Source of the DNA: Felis catus
Lineage: Eukaryota
Length of the DNA stretch: 64,000 nt
Assembly (NCBI RefSeq): GCF_018350175.1
Contig: NC_058383.1
Location: 20,214,001-20,278,000 of the forward strand
Direction of reading: 5' to 3'
This document shows, piece after piece, positions 49,518 to 62,360 of this stretch. The stretch's first letter is position 1. Every line of letters begins with the position of its first letter. The position numbers and the translations under genes were made by a program. Below the pieces are notes generated by a model. The model had not been told where the DNA came from. It worked only from the letters and a program-made list of their open reading frames with translations, and ran no database searches.

Positions 49518-50068
49518 GGGGCGCCTGGGCGGCTCAGGCAGTTAAGCTCCTGGTGTCAATGTCGTGATCTCACGGTTCGTGAGTTCAAGCCCTGCCAGCG
49601 CAGAGCCTGCTTGGGATTCTCTCTCTAGCCCTCTCTCTGTGTCCCTCCCCCGCTGTGCTCTCGCATGCTCTCTCTCTCTCAAAATAAATAAATAAGCTTA
49701 AAAAGTAAAGCGGAACGTTATTTTTCAAACATTCACCCATCTCTATTTACACGTCAGGAAGAAAAGGTGGTGGCACATTGTGTGTCCTGATTCATCAGCC
49801 AACAGCATCTTCTTGGGCCGCTACAAAGAATACTATAACCGGAGCTACACAGAGTATAACCCGTGCTGGGGCGCCTGGGTGGCTCAGTCGGTTGAGCATC
49901 CGACTTCGGCTCAGGTCACGATCTCGCGGTCCGTGAGTTCGAGCCACGCGTCGGGCTCTGTGCTGATGGCTCGGAGCCTGGAGCCTGCTTCCGATTCTGT
50001 GTCTCCCTCTCTCTGCCCCTCCCTTGCTTGTTCTCTCTCTCTCTGTCTCAAAAATAAGCATTAAAAAA
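49518..50068 (+). mobile_element. Two Can-SINEs (49518-49705, 49868-50068)
   Basis: Two heads with CT regions and tails. Confidence 0.92.
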
Positions 50069-50089
50069 TTTTTTAGAATGTACCACGTG

Positions 50090-50666
50090 CATTAAAGAAA
50101 AAACTATTCAATTATTCTTTTTTTTTTCAGTATATGAAATTTATTGTCCAATTGGTTTCCATACAACACCCAGTGCTCATCCCAAAAGGTGCCCTCCTCT
50201 ATACCCATCACCCACTATTCAATTATTCTTGATGCTTGTTAAAGAAGGGCAGGGCAGGCCTTATTCGGTAGGCGCAGGCGATAGGCACAGGGACCGCTGC
50301 GTGGGACTTTGCAGTGGGGGCAGAGATCGGGCTCAACCCCAAATACAAGGACGAGTAGAGATTTAGAGCCAAGGAGCGGGGTGTGTCAGTGGATGGAAAA
50401 TTTCCAAGAGAATGCGTCCAGGGTCAGGGGTTAAATGATGTAACAGGTTCTTGCTGAAGGCAGCCCGGGCTGGTCAGAGGTCACCCTGCGGGGAGGAGGG
50501 GGGCGGGACTCGGAGCCTCCTCAGGCATCCAGGACGGGGTGGGGCTGGATCCTGGTGCACTTGACTTAGCAGGAGTCTTGCCAGCATTAATGCAGAGATG
50601 GCGCGCAAGCCCAAAGCCCAGGGACTGGTCGAGGAGAGAACTCGCTCAGGGAGAGAATCTTTGTCA
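50090..50666 (-). mobile_element. MER31-like ERV1 LTR
   Basis: ttaaagaaaaaactattcaa...gcgataggcacagggaccgctgc...gagatcgggctcaac...gtcagtggatggaaaatt...tctttgtca. Confidence 0.75.
50120..50213 (-). mobile_element. Very short young L1 (L1_Fc-like) 3' end
   Basis: Poly-T + atatgaaatttattgtc...tttccatacaacacccagtgctcatccc; perfect 17-bp TSD actattcaattattctt (50103-50119, 50214-50230). Confidence 0.9.
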
Positions 50667-52379
50667 AGTGCGTCTCCAGTGCTGGTACGTCTTTTTCAAG
50701 TACCGTCATCCTTTGGGGCCCTTGGGAGTAAATCCATTCGGAGGGGTTCTCAGACATGCGGGGCAGGGGCAGGGGGAGGGGAACGGTTTCCTTCAACCCT
50801 AAGGCTGTGCCACCTAAAGAAAAGAGACTACTTTGCAATGCTAGAGTGACTCACAAAGATTTTATAAATCCCGGAATTAGAACACACCCTCCCCTCTTCC
50901 ATTTCTGCACAAAAAGGCTGGGAGAAGCTTCTGACAATTATTTGGGGGTCCGGTGTGAAGAAGTGCTCCTCTTTTTGATGCCCCTGGATTAGCATCACAA
51001 ACGAATGGGCTGGGACCCCCAGGGGGTGGGGGTGGGGGTGGGGTGCCCGAAGAGCCAGGCTGCTCCTTAGAAATCCCAACTGGCGTGGGTTTCATTCAGT
51101 GGATGAAGGAAGCGATCTTGCTCCCCCTTTTCAAGTGCGTGCCCTGGTCTGCCCCAAGTCACAGAGCCCCCCAGTTAGCGGCAGGGCATTCTAGGGCGAT
51201 TAGCTGGAAACAGAGACAGCAAAAGCGAGCAGAGGCAGCACAAGTCAGGTCCCAGGCTGAGAGCCGAGGCCGGAACCAGGAACGGAGAAGTGGAGGGTCA
51301 GCTGGGAACCTGCCAATGCTGCTTGATTATTAGGCGTCCGATGGCTAATATAACACCCCGACTCCTTGATTCAGAGGCACTTGTTTTCCCACAAGTTAAG
51401 ACTTCTGCGTTGGGACCTATCTAACACTTGATGTATGTATTTGATGTGATTAGATTTGTGTACCTGCGCTGATCCGTTGTTTGTTTTCCCCTGAAAAGCT
51501 ATTAATAAATCCGTGGCACATCTTAAAATAAATGGCATTTCGGAACTCGGGTGCGCAGTATTTCTGGAGCGGGCAGGAATGTGCAATCTCAACCAGATAA
51601 AACTCCTTAGAGTTTTCAGCTCTATCATTTTTTACGCACTATCTCGTCATCTATCCATCCATCTATTTAGTAGAAACTTAGGAAAGTTACTTAACCTTTC
51701 CGTGCCTTCCTTTCTTTACCTTCAAAGGGCAATCGTGAAAATTACATGAAATAATACAACAGCGCCTGGTAAAAACAAGGGTTTAGGGCCATTAAACTGT
51801 TCCATTCACTTCGTTCTTTCCTTGACTCCTGCATTCAACTGTCTTTGCCAATGCCTGGCACCCACTAGGCTCTCTGAGTTTCTCAGATTCTGCCGCCGAA
51901 CTCACGGGGCACCTTCCTGGCGCATAGGACACACTAAGAAGGAGGAAGAAGGGAACAGAGCCTCTTTCTTGGTTCCGTTAGTTGGTCACAGATGATGGTT
52001 CCCACTGCTACTGATCTCTGCAGTTTCCACATTGATCCTCACTTTCTTCCTCTATCCACCTGCCCTCCACCGTCAGCCTGGGTCTCTCTCTCAACCCCGC
52101 TCTACCCACCACTCTCATCTTCCCTGAGGCTACATCCTGTGGCCCGATGGACGTGTCTCCCGCAGATAGGGACATGTCCACCGATGACACCAGGGCTATG
52201 GGAGAGCATTCCAAGCTTTGCATGGCTTCTGATGCCTGTATCCAGCACTGACACAGCCTGGCCAGCCGCTCTCACTCTCGAAAGAATAGAATTTCCTTTG
52301 GTAATACCCACGGGACTGTGTTCTGAAAACTCAGGGGAGTCTCTGTGGCTCCAGACGCCTCTCTGTCTGGGAACCCAGG

Positions 52380-52530
52380 CTGTAATCTCCACCACTCAAG
52401 GAAATCTGGGTATGTTTTATTCAATATTGAATACCCAACACCCAGAACTGTGCCTGGCACATAGCCAGCATTCAATAAATATTTGCTGAATGAATGAATG
52501 AACGAACGAACGAACGAACGAATGAATGAG
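52380..52530 (+). mobile_element. LINE-2 3' end with (GAAT/GAAC)n tail
   Basis: gtgcctggcacatagccagcattcaataaatatttgctgaatgaatgaatg. Confidence 0.85.
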
Positions 52531-53680
52531 TCAACCTATAAAAACCATCTCTGGAGGTATACATGCAAAGTTCTGCTTTTTTTCCCCGGTGAAGGTGAGG
52601 AATATTTCGGAGCCCGTCTCTTTTTGAGATTCTCTGGGAGTTAAGTAATCTGAAAGACGAGCAAGGGTAGGAATTTGCATAGCTGTGTGTGGGGGTCTAA
52701 ACGCCCATAGCTGCACACATGTGGGAGCCCACGGCAAGTAAATGCACGATTTGTATAAATGCGGAGTGGGAACGTAGGCATACGCACACATATCCGTTTG
52801 CCCTGCGAACAGCTGTACGCGGATGCGTGGTGAGTTTACTTTTGATGTTTGTCCACCTGCGTGTGCTTGGATGTGCGGATCACGCCAGGCACACACGTAT
52901 GAATGTGGACACACGAATACCTCTCCACGTGTGTTTGCCCACACAGGCACGTGTGCACCTTTGTGGGTGTGTTGGCATCGGGAGGGGAGTCCTCAGTTTG
53001 TGTGTTGGCTACTATGGTTCATAGTAGATGGGGAAAGACCATCAGGAAGTGTCCAGAGATTTCTACCTTGAGGTCTGCTCTGGCAGGCCGTTCCCCTAGG
53101 CTGACATCCTAGGGTGATGGGGGGGGGGCTTCCGGGTTTTAATTTCCTGGAATAGATCAGTGAGCCGTGCTGCACCCAAAAAGAAAAGGGAACATCGCAG
53201 GACAAGAAGCTCCAGGACCCGAAGGAACGCAAGCCCTGAGCTTTGCTCCGGAGCCCGACTGCTGGGCCTTGATTCTCAGCTCTGGCGGCTACCATGCCTC
53301 AGTTTGTGCATCTGCGAAATGGGGATAATACGCTTATTATCTCACCTCATAGTTTCTGGGAGAAAGAAAAGACTTAACATGTGTATGCACATAGTAAGTG
53401 CTGCATAAGCAGTGACTCTGGTTGGACCATACAGACAAGCAATTATTTTCTTATTCTTGAAAACAAAGGTAACCCCGGTTATTTCGCTTACGTAAAACTA
53501 GCACGCATTTACTCTAGACAATTTGGAAAATACAGATAGACCGATATAAGAAGACAAAGACCTTATAGTCTCTCCCTGGACCCAGATAAACATCTCAAAC
53601 ATTCCTAACGGTTGAAAGTATGTCCATTTGGGTACTTCTATAAAAGTGCTCTCCCACAAGTAGGATTCTCTTCCCCGAAC

Positions 53681-54168
53681 TGCAATGTTGTATTACGCTG
53701 GGGGCCCCAGCCTAGCGTGATTCCAGTATTTATGCCCCGTGTTGTCTCCTCCCCTTGCGCGCACCTGGGCTGGTCCCGGGACTGACTTTGACCAATAGAA
53801 CGTGGGCAAGCGGGTCAAGTGGCGGCCTAAGCTTTAAGAAATCTGGGCGGTTTCTACTTTAGCTTTCTTGGGAGCTCTGACAAGTCGCGTAAGAAGCCCA
53901 TGCTTCTGGAGTAACCATGTGGAGAGAGAGAGAGCGCGCCCAGTCCTTCCAGCCTCCTGGCCGAGCCCAGCGCCCACCTGCCCTGCCCTGTGAGTACAAG
54001 CACCTAGAAGGCCACCGGCAAGATCCACAGAAGAACCACCCCACTGAGCCCAGCCTGGACTGCAGAATCACGAGAATGCTACGACCCGCGGTAGAAACTG
54101 GTCGTTACTGGAAGCCATTACGTTTTGGGGCTGGTGGCTTATTACAATAGCAATTAAGTAACGGATCA
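53681..54168 (+). mobile_element. MLT1F/G/H-like MaLR LTR
   Basis: gactgactttgaccaatagaa...cagaagaaccaccccactgagcccagcc...aagccattacgttttgggg. Confidence 0.8.
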
Positions 54169-55939
54169 CCATTCTGTCTGATAACTCGCATTTCGAAGTT
54201 TAAAATGAGACCATATTTCTACGTACTGATGTTGTGGGTACAGTGAGTTCTGCATCAGATCGCCTTGGTTTTAATTCTGATTTCTCTTCTTAACTGTGAC
54301 TTTGGGCAAAGTACTTCACCTCATCTCCAAAACGGACTTGACAAAAACCTGGTAGATTTGAGGGAAAATGAAAGGGCCGATGCGTCTACGTCACAGCGCC
54401 CGCAACGTCGTGAAACATGAAATAGACCCGCATTTCACCCAATCACTCCTTAATGGCCGTGACACGATATGCGTATGTCAAAACGTAGCCTAACCCCTAC
54501 TCTCGGGAACTTAGGCTATTTCCAATTTTTTTTTTTTACTACTATAGACGATGCAAAGCAAAAACCCCCATTTCCATCTTCCAAAGGAGGAACCAGGATG
54601 AGGCTGGGAAGGGGCAAGCGACTTGCTCGGGTTACGCGGCGGCTCTGGGGTTAAAGACCTCACATTCTCCTCCCCAGGGCTGTTTGCTCCTATCACACAG
54701 CTTGAGAATTTAGCAATCTACCCGCATGAAGGTTCTGTCTCCCGCCCCTGGCATTGTATTATAACCCCGTTTCCCTGGAGACTAGAGTTATCGCAGGCAA
54801 GGAAAGATTTTTTGACATGCTAATTTTTGTGAGACAGTGAACATTCTAAATTTCCCCACGCTGTTTGCTACAGCCTTCCCCGTCAGTGAGTGGCATCTCA
54901 GACTGGCAAGAGCATCTCCTCCTGCTAAGGAGGGACGGAGGCCAGAGATGAGAGGTCGTGTTTGTTATGGGAGGCAATGAACTTGACTTGACTGCTGCCT
55001 TCCACGAGTCCCGCGTTCGAACGTCGGTTCTGTCTGTTCCCAACCAGAGGATCCAAGGCAAGTTACTTACCTCCCCGAGCCTCGGTTTCCTCATCTGTGA
55101 AACACAGGTACCTCTCCCTCCTCTCATCACACCCCCCCCCCACCCAACTCCCCCGTGTTGTCGTGAGGAACTACAGGAGATAATTGATGTAAAGTGCTTG
55201 ACCTATGTGCTCAAGGCAGGGTAATTATCATTGGAATCTTGGTGGTAGTGAAGGAACCTCTAAGGGAGGCTAAAAAAAATTTCATCTTCCCGGCCTAGAG
55301 AAAGTACAGCTCTGGGAACAGAACAACATTTGGATCTGAAATCTGAACTTCCCCTGGTGCTCTCTGAGGTGCCAGGAAAGATGAAAATAAAAAGTAAAAC
55401 TTATTTCTACAAATGGGAAGGCTTAGGGAAGATAGTTCGTGCCAAATCATCAGTAAGTGAAATCCTGACTTGCAGCAGCGACCTCTCCACCATCAATTTC
55501 CTTTCACCGACGTCCTCTTAATTTTGCATATGGCGCTCAAAGTCATTACCGTCCCAGACGAGCAGGTACGGTAAGAGGGAAGCAGGAGGCCGCGTCCGTG
55601 GTCGCTACCGTGAGCTCCATGGCTCTCGGCTGGTCTTCTCTGGCACCCCCTTCACCTCCTTCAGAAGGAAATGTTATCATACGGATCGATGTCACTGCCA
55701 GGAGTAATGCTGTCTCTGTAGGAGTTGGGCAACCTTAAAGCTGGTGAAATATCCTCCTTCCATTCTTTCCGAGATGGATTCAGGTTGATAGATGGCCATT
55801 TTGATAAGTTTCCGTTTCATTTCTTCCTTTCTAGATCTTTCCTGATGGTTTCGTTGGCATGGGGCTTAATCGTTAAATTCAGGTGCCAACAAAAAGCAGT
55901 TTTAACAAAGATTTTTGTGCTTTACTGAGAACGTCAACA

Positions 55940-56195
55940 TTCCTTCCTTTTTTCCTTCTTTATTTCTTCCTTTGCCTTCTCTCCTTCCTTTGCTTTCCTT
56001 TCCTTCTTTCTTCTTTTTCCCTTCAAACATATATTGGGCTTTCTTTCTTTCTTTCTTTCTTTTCCTTTCTTTCTCTTTCTTTCTTTCTTTCTCTTTCTTT
56101 CTTTCTTTCTTTCTTTCTTTTCCTTTCTTTCTCTTTCTTTCTTTCTCTTTCTTTCTTTCTTTCTTTCTTTTCCTTTCTTTCTCTTTCTTTCTTTT

Positions 56196-56243
<48 letters not shown>

Positions 56244-56245
56244 TT
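55940..56245. repeat. (TTTC)n compound polypyrimidine microsatellite
   Basis: Directly visible. Confidence 0.95.
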
Positions 56246-56297
56246 AGATTTTAGGGGAAATGCTAATTTATTTAGACAAGCCTGTATTCGAGCCTCA

Positions 56298-56570
56298 TAT
56301 TTTTTTATATGAAATTTATTGTCAAATTGGTTTCCATACAACACCCAGTTGCTCAGCCCAACAGGTGCCCTCCTCAAGGCCCATCACCCACTTTCCCCTC
56401 CCTCCCACCCCCCATCCACCCTCAGTTTGTTCTCAGTTTTTAAGAGTCTCTTATGCTTTGGCTCCCTCCCTCTCTCCCTTTTTTTTCCCCTTCCCCTCCC
56501 CCACGGTCTTCTGTTAAGTTTCTCAGGATCCACACATGAGTGAAAACATAAGGTATCTGTATTTCTCTGA
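56298..56570 (-). mobile_element. L1_Fc-like 3' fragment
   Basis: tatgaaatttattgtcaaattggtttccatacaacacccag...caggatccacacatgagtgaaaacata. Confidence 0.88.
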
Positions 56571-58035
56571 TACCGGGCATTCTTTAATGTGCCAAGCCTT
56601 ATATTGGGTGCAGGGGATATAGATTTATATGTAAGAGACAGTCTCTACCCTTCAGTTGCCTGCAGATTCGAAGAGGGAGAAAGCAAGTAAAAAATAAATC
56701 ATCTACTGCCACAGAATGCTGTTAAACAAACCACTGGCTTACCGCAAGTATTTATTCTCCTGTTTGCCGGCTGCTTGGGGCTGGGCTCAGTTGGTCATCC
56801 ATGCTGTGGGCTGCCCGTCAGCTGTGCTTGGGTCCGGGCTATTCCCCATGTACTCTTTTCGGAGCCAGACCAAAGGGTCCGCAGCAATTCAAGGCATTCT
56901 CTTCCCCCGATGGATCACAGGAACACAAGGGGGCAAGCCACACCATGCAAGCACAGTTAAGCCTCTGCCTCCAACATGCCTACTGTATCCCGTTGTCCAA
57001 AGTACGTGAGCATCTGTGGGGCAGGCATCTATGCCCCGCCATGCACACAGTAGGAAGAGAAGAGAGGGAAGGTTTGCTGGAAAATGTTTCAAACCATCAC
57101 GGGAGAGAGAAGCAGATGGACAGAGGTAGCACAGAGCATCATGGGGAGCAAAGGCAGAGGACCTAGACCAGTGTAATCAGGGAAGACATCCTGGAGGAGG
57201 TGAACCATCAGCTGAGCACTTAAAATTCTAGGAAGCGAACAGGGTGAAGGCACAGGAGTGAACTGTCTGTGCAAGGAGGAAGGAGCTGTCCATTAAGTGT
57301 AAGACTCAGAGATGCCAAACAGTGTGTTGGGCCCCTGGGTAGGTACGGGAAGAGATATTCTTGGATAGAGGGGCAAAGGCCAGCTTCCCAGGCATGGCTT
57401 ATAAGACAGAACTTGAAGGAATCGGCCAGTCAGAGGTGATGGCAAGGCAGAGACGGGTGTTAAGCAGGAGGTAGACCAGTCAGGACCGCTGTTGACCCGT
57501 AGGCGAGGGATGCTAAGGGCCTGGAAGGGAGAGGGGGCGATAGGAGGAGATATTTGAGAGATAGGACACTCAGGACACAGAGGCGGGAGGAGGAGGGAGA
57601 GTGGAAAGAGACTTCGGGGCCTCGGTTGCTATTACAGCTATTCCAACACATCGTCACTGCCACTACGTGTCTCACGAGGGCTCAGTGAGGCACCAGCCAA
57701 CTGGAGATGAACACAAAAGGGGAAACGGAGTGAATTTTGCAAACTACCGTCTGGGCAGGCCCCTGGACGAGGTTACCAAAGGGAGCGAACCCTCCGAAGG
57801 AGAGCAACGGTTCCCGTAAAGCATCCTAGAAAACCCACCCCATTCCTTTCTTGGCAAAGCTCTGGGCTGTGGGGGAAGGGGCTGAGGCTTCAGACATGGA
57901 CACACAGGGATCTGAAGCTCGGCGTCCCCACTTCCCGGTGCTGTGGCTTTGGGTAAGTTCTTTACCGCTGCCTTGCAGCCCTTGATTTTATTGCTTGAGG
58001 ATTCAGCTTCCTTCTATATAAAATAGGGGACATGT

Positions 58036-58036
58036 C

Positions 58037-58074
<38 letters not shown>

Positions 58075-58081
58075 ATATATA

Positions 58082-58128
<47 letters not shown>
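58036..58128. repeat. (TA)n/(TG)n compound microsatellite
   Basis: Directly visible. Confidence 0.95.
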
Positions 58129-58131
<3 letters not shown>

Positions 58132-58693
58132 GTGGTTATCATGAAATTAAATAGAATAGTGAGTATAAAGAATCCTAGATCAGGATCGGACAAAGAATCA
58201 ACTCTCGACAGGCAAGCCAAGCGGTCTACATGAATTAATTCATTTTTTTCCCCCAAACAACTCTATGAGATAGGAAGTATTATTACCAGCACCCTGATTT
58301 TACAGAGTAAGAAATGACACCCAGGGAAGCTACATAATTTGCCCAGCGTCCGCGAGCCCAGGGGTGATGGAGCCACCATTTGGACCCGGGGGTCTGACCA
58401 GAGATGGTCATTTCTCCACTGGGCTCCAGAGCCAGCCTGGGCTCTCCCACTTGCTGTTTGCAGATGAGAGGACGCGGTTAATAAAGGCAGCGTGCTGGGG
58501 GGTGGGGGTGGGGGGTCCGCATCAGGAGCAATGCAGCGGGCTCTGTTCCACACTGTCCCTCCTTCCTGTGACCTGCCCCCACCTGCAGCCCAGGCCCCTA
58601 CAGGTGACAGCAAAGTTAACAGAGTGGGCTGGTGCTAGTCAGTGTTTGGTGACAGAATGGGTGAGATGAGAAAGCCCAGGGCCCAAAGCTTCA

Positions 58694-58835
58694 GGGGCGC
58701 CTGGGAGGCCAAGTCAGGTAAGCGTCCGACTCGTGATTTCCGACTCTTAATTTCGGCTCCGGTCGTGATCTTGACATTCGTGAGACGGATCCCCGCGAGG
58801 GGCTCTGTGCTGACGGTGTGGAGCCTGCCTGGGAT

Positions 58836-58867
<32 letters not shown>

Positions 58868-58905
58868 CGCCCCTTCCCCCTTCAAAATAAATAGATAAAC
58901 ATTCA
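58694..58905 (+). mobile_element. Can-SINE
   Basis: Head with small internal duplication (tccgactc...ttt), (CT)n, tail. Confidence 0.9.
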
Positions 58906-60258
58906 ATCTTATAAACATATCTAAAAAAAGAAATATTGGTGCTGGGGTTGGAACCCAGGTCTGTCTGGTGCACGGTCCTGGACGGGTCTCAAGACAGCCA
59001 CCCTATATGTCTACCAGGCTGAGAATTCCCGACGTGGCTCTTTTGACAAAATCAGGTTTTGTGGAAAGTTTTTGAAAAGTTTTTTTTTTTTCTTTTTTCT
59101 GTAGAAGTTTAATCATCTTTTAACATCCCAGAGAGAACAAAAGGATGAACACAGGGAAAGTGAGAAGTGCTGCTCTGGAAACATTTGCTGTCTCACTCCT
59201 GGCTCCATAAATAAATGTTCTCCCGTTAAGCAGGCTTCAATTTTCTTGGAAAATGCTCAATTTATATTCAGACACAATTCACTGGCACAAAGCACCACTT
59301 CTCAATGTTTATAAGGGAGCCGCGAAACTTTGTGGTCAAGAACATTGGTTCCGGAGTCAGATCGGCCTGCGTTTCTATCCTGGAGCCCACACTTAGTAGC
59401 CGTGGGACCACGGGAACGTTCCAGAACCTTCTGCGCCTCAGTTTACCCATCGGTCAGATGGAAGTCAACATCGCGTCCACGGGATGTAGTTCAGCATGAT
59501 CCCAGCGGCTCTGCAGGGAAAGGTCCGCGCACAGAAGGGGCCACGCAGAGACCGCCGTGATAAAAGGAAAATTAGCGCTCCCTGGAGGCGCAGAGCGGAA
59601 GTGAAGGTCAAGGTCTTCGAGAAAGAGCACCCGAAGGGCAAAGGCCCGCCCACTGCTCCCATGAGGGGAGGCAGAGGGAGCCTTCCTTTGCTCCCACTTT
59701 GAATGTGAGGCTGTTGTTACATAAAGATGCTACGAGTCCCTCCCAGGGCCAAGGCACCGTCATTTTCAGGGGCCGGGGCACGAGCAAATAAAACACCCCA
59801 CGCTTTTCTACCCTCTTGAGGCTGACTTTCACCCGGTTGCTGCCCACTTCGGACAGTTCGTCGGAGTTCTGACAGGTCTGACTCTGACGCCTTCTGCCAC
59901 ACTTCTGATGTCTGCGCTGGAGGGCGGGGGCTCGGTCCTGCCTGGGCCCCTACCTTGCGGATGTCACTCTTCACTCTGAACGTTTTTATTCACCCCCGCC
60001 ATCATCCCAGCCCGCGCTCATCAAGCTGGCCGTAAAAGGGCAGACTGGGGGCAGTGGCTCAAGAGCGTGACGGGAGCCCGGGGCCTGAGTTCAGATTCTA
60101 ACACCAACAGCGCCAAGCTGTGTGACCTCAGGCCAGCTGCTTAGCCACCCTGTTGACTTTACAGTCCTCAGCGTCCACTCCCCCCCGCCCCCCCCATTGC
60201 TACGTATGGGATTTTGCTCGATATCAGGTGTCGAGGTTTGGCCCCGACGATTCCCATT

Positions 60259-60362
60259 CACGCAGAGCCCGGCGCGGGCCTCAGACCCACCCACCGTGAG
60301 ATCATGACCTGAGCCCAAACCAAGAGTCAAACGCTTAGCCGACTGAGCCACCGGGGCGCCCC
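60259..60362 (-). mobile_element. Can-SINE 5' half
   Basis: gagatcatgacctgagccc...gactgagccaccggggcgcccc; no CT region or tail. Confidence 0.85.
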
Positions 60363-61584
60363 TGGGCTAGGTGTCATTTTGCACGCTCGAATTTTAATAG
60401 CAGGTGCAACAGACAAGGCCTCTGCTCTCACGGCGCGGAGGAGGGACAATGAGTAGCCCGACAGCGATGCTTTGGTCCAGAAGAATCACTCCCGTTTTTC
60501 ATTTGGAGAGATTCCAGCCCCTTATTCCAGCCACGCCCGACAGCCTCCCTCATCCGGCCAAACCGCGTGGCCCGGGGCCCCCACCAGCCCTCAGTCTGGC
60601 TTGGCCACACTCTTCCCGGATCGGCCTCTAGGGGTCCCCCTCTGTCCACCCCACTCCATCAGGGCACCCTCCCGGCCCCGCACACCCCTCTGGGCCGCTT
60701 GGGAACGGAGACGCAGCTGTATCTCTGAGGGAACGTCTTGTTTTCCTCCGAGCACGAGCACACACAATGCCGGATTATCCATCTCAGTGGGAACAGCGTG
60801 TCTCCTCGGTGAAGGACAATTTTCAGCTAAGTGCATCTTATTTAAGGCTCTAAGAATGGCAGTTAAGCAAATGCAGGAGGAGACACGTATATGAAAACTA
60901 CCCATTGAAAGCCCGTGGCTAAATCTATCAACCGCTGAGGGACAGTTTCCAGGTAATAGAGCCCAATTGCCACAGCCTGGTTGCAGCAGCCAGCCAGGAT
61001 GGGGCGCGAGGCTTCGGGGTTCGACTCGCTCTCATTGATTTTCTTTATAGATCAGTTTGATACTAGACGTGATAAGGTTAATTTCGGATGATTAACTCCT
61101 CCGTATTGGGATATTTGATTGAGTTCCCCTTTCAGACACTTTCTCCCCATTGATTTTCAATATTGGCCTTTCCACGACGGAGGTAAAAGGCTTTGGCAAG
61201 GACCCATCAAGCAGAAGTTTCCCACGGCTGCCCACCTCCCTCCCAAACACCGTCCCTCGGCAGGAGGAAGAATGTGTGGCCGGCTGGGGGACACCCAGGC
61301 CTTGTGCTGGTCTGGGGAGGCTGGCAGTCGCTACCTACCCTGGGTATACCTGGGCAGGACCGGGCAGTGGGGGAAAAAGAACAGGGATTTCGGGATACCT
61401 GAGTTTGAAGTGCAGCCTCGCCATTTCCCTGATGATTCACCTTGACATTCATATAACCTCTGAGCCTCAGTTTCCTCATCAGTAACTAAGCATCATGGGC
61501 ACTTTCGCTCTTGGAGCCCAGCAGCCAGTTCCTTTTTTCTCTGGCACGAGTACCCCCACCTCGTTAATGTGCCCTGCTCCCTCA

Positions 61585-61840
61585 CACCACAGGCCCTTTG
61601 CACATGACGTTTCCTTTGCCTGTTTCGCACTCTGCTCTCCAGACGCTCCAAACCTCCTCACCCACACCTCCTCTCGCTGGCTTCTCCGTATGCTAATTTG
61701 TACCCAGTGCCAAGATCCTCCCCTCCAAAGGGACCGTAAGTTCCATGAGGTACGGACGATGCCTGTCTTGGCCGACAGTACGTAGCACATAGTGCCTGAC
61801 ACGCTGCAGACCCACACTGAATATTTCCGAAGGTAAGTAA
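61585..61840 (+). mobile_element. LINE-2 fragment
   Basis: aggccctttgcacatg...gaccgtaagttccatgagg...cacatagtgcctgacac. Confidence 0.75.
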
Positions 61841-62139
61841 GATCAGTGCACAACTCTGGAGACTGTGTATGTGCGTGTTGAAGGGCACCTGAATTCTACA
61901 GTGCGGTCCCCAAGATTCAGGCCATGGCACACGTGGGGATCCCCTCTTCTTGGCTCAGCCTGGCTTCTCACCTAGCTCCTGACTGCCTTTCTTGCCACCA
62001 TTCTGGGACCCCCCCACCTCCAGCATGCTCTTGGCTCTCAGCTAGGGCTCCTTTTCCCCATCCTCTCTGCTTTTCTACCCTGGTGAGTAGGGATGAGCCC
62101 CCTTCGATACGATCTTAAAAATCCTAGAGCCAGAGCTAA

Positions 62140-62360
62140 TCAAATACTAACAATAGCTAACACTTACCGATCGCAGGCTATGTGCCCGATACTTAGATGC
62201 TTCCCCGCGCCTCGGATCTCCACATGACCCTAAAACTTCCTTAGGGCTACTGTCCTCATCCCCATTTTATAGACGGTGACATCAGGGCCCAGAGAGGTTG
62301 AGTAACTTGCCCAAGCTCATTCAGCTAGCAAGCTTGTGCAGCTGGGACCCCACATAGCTC
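62140..62360 (-). mobile_element. MIR SINE
   Basis: tagctaacacttac...cccattttatagacggtgac...cagagaggttgagtaacttgcccaag. Confidence 0.8.

Noticed and set aside
6733..60362. Recurrent MAQSVKRPTSAQ... ORFs and tRNA-like A/B boxes
   Set aside because: These come from Can-SINEs; no genuine tRNA gene or CDS is supported.
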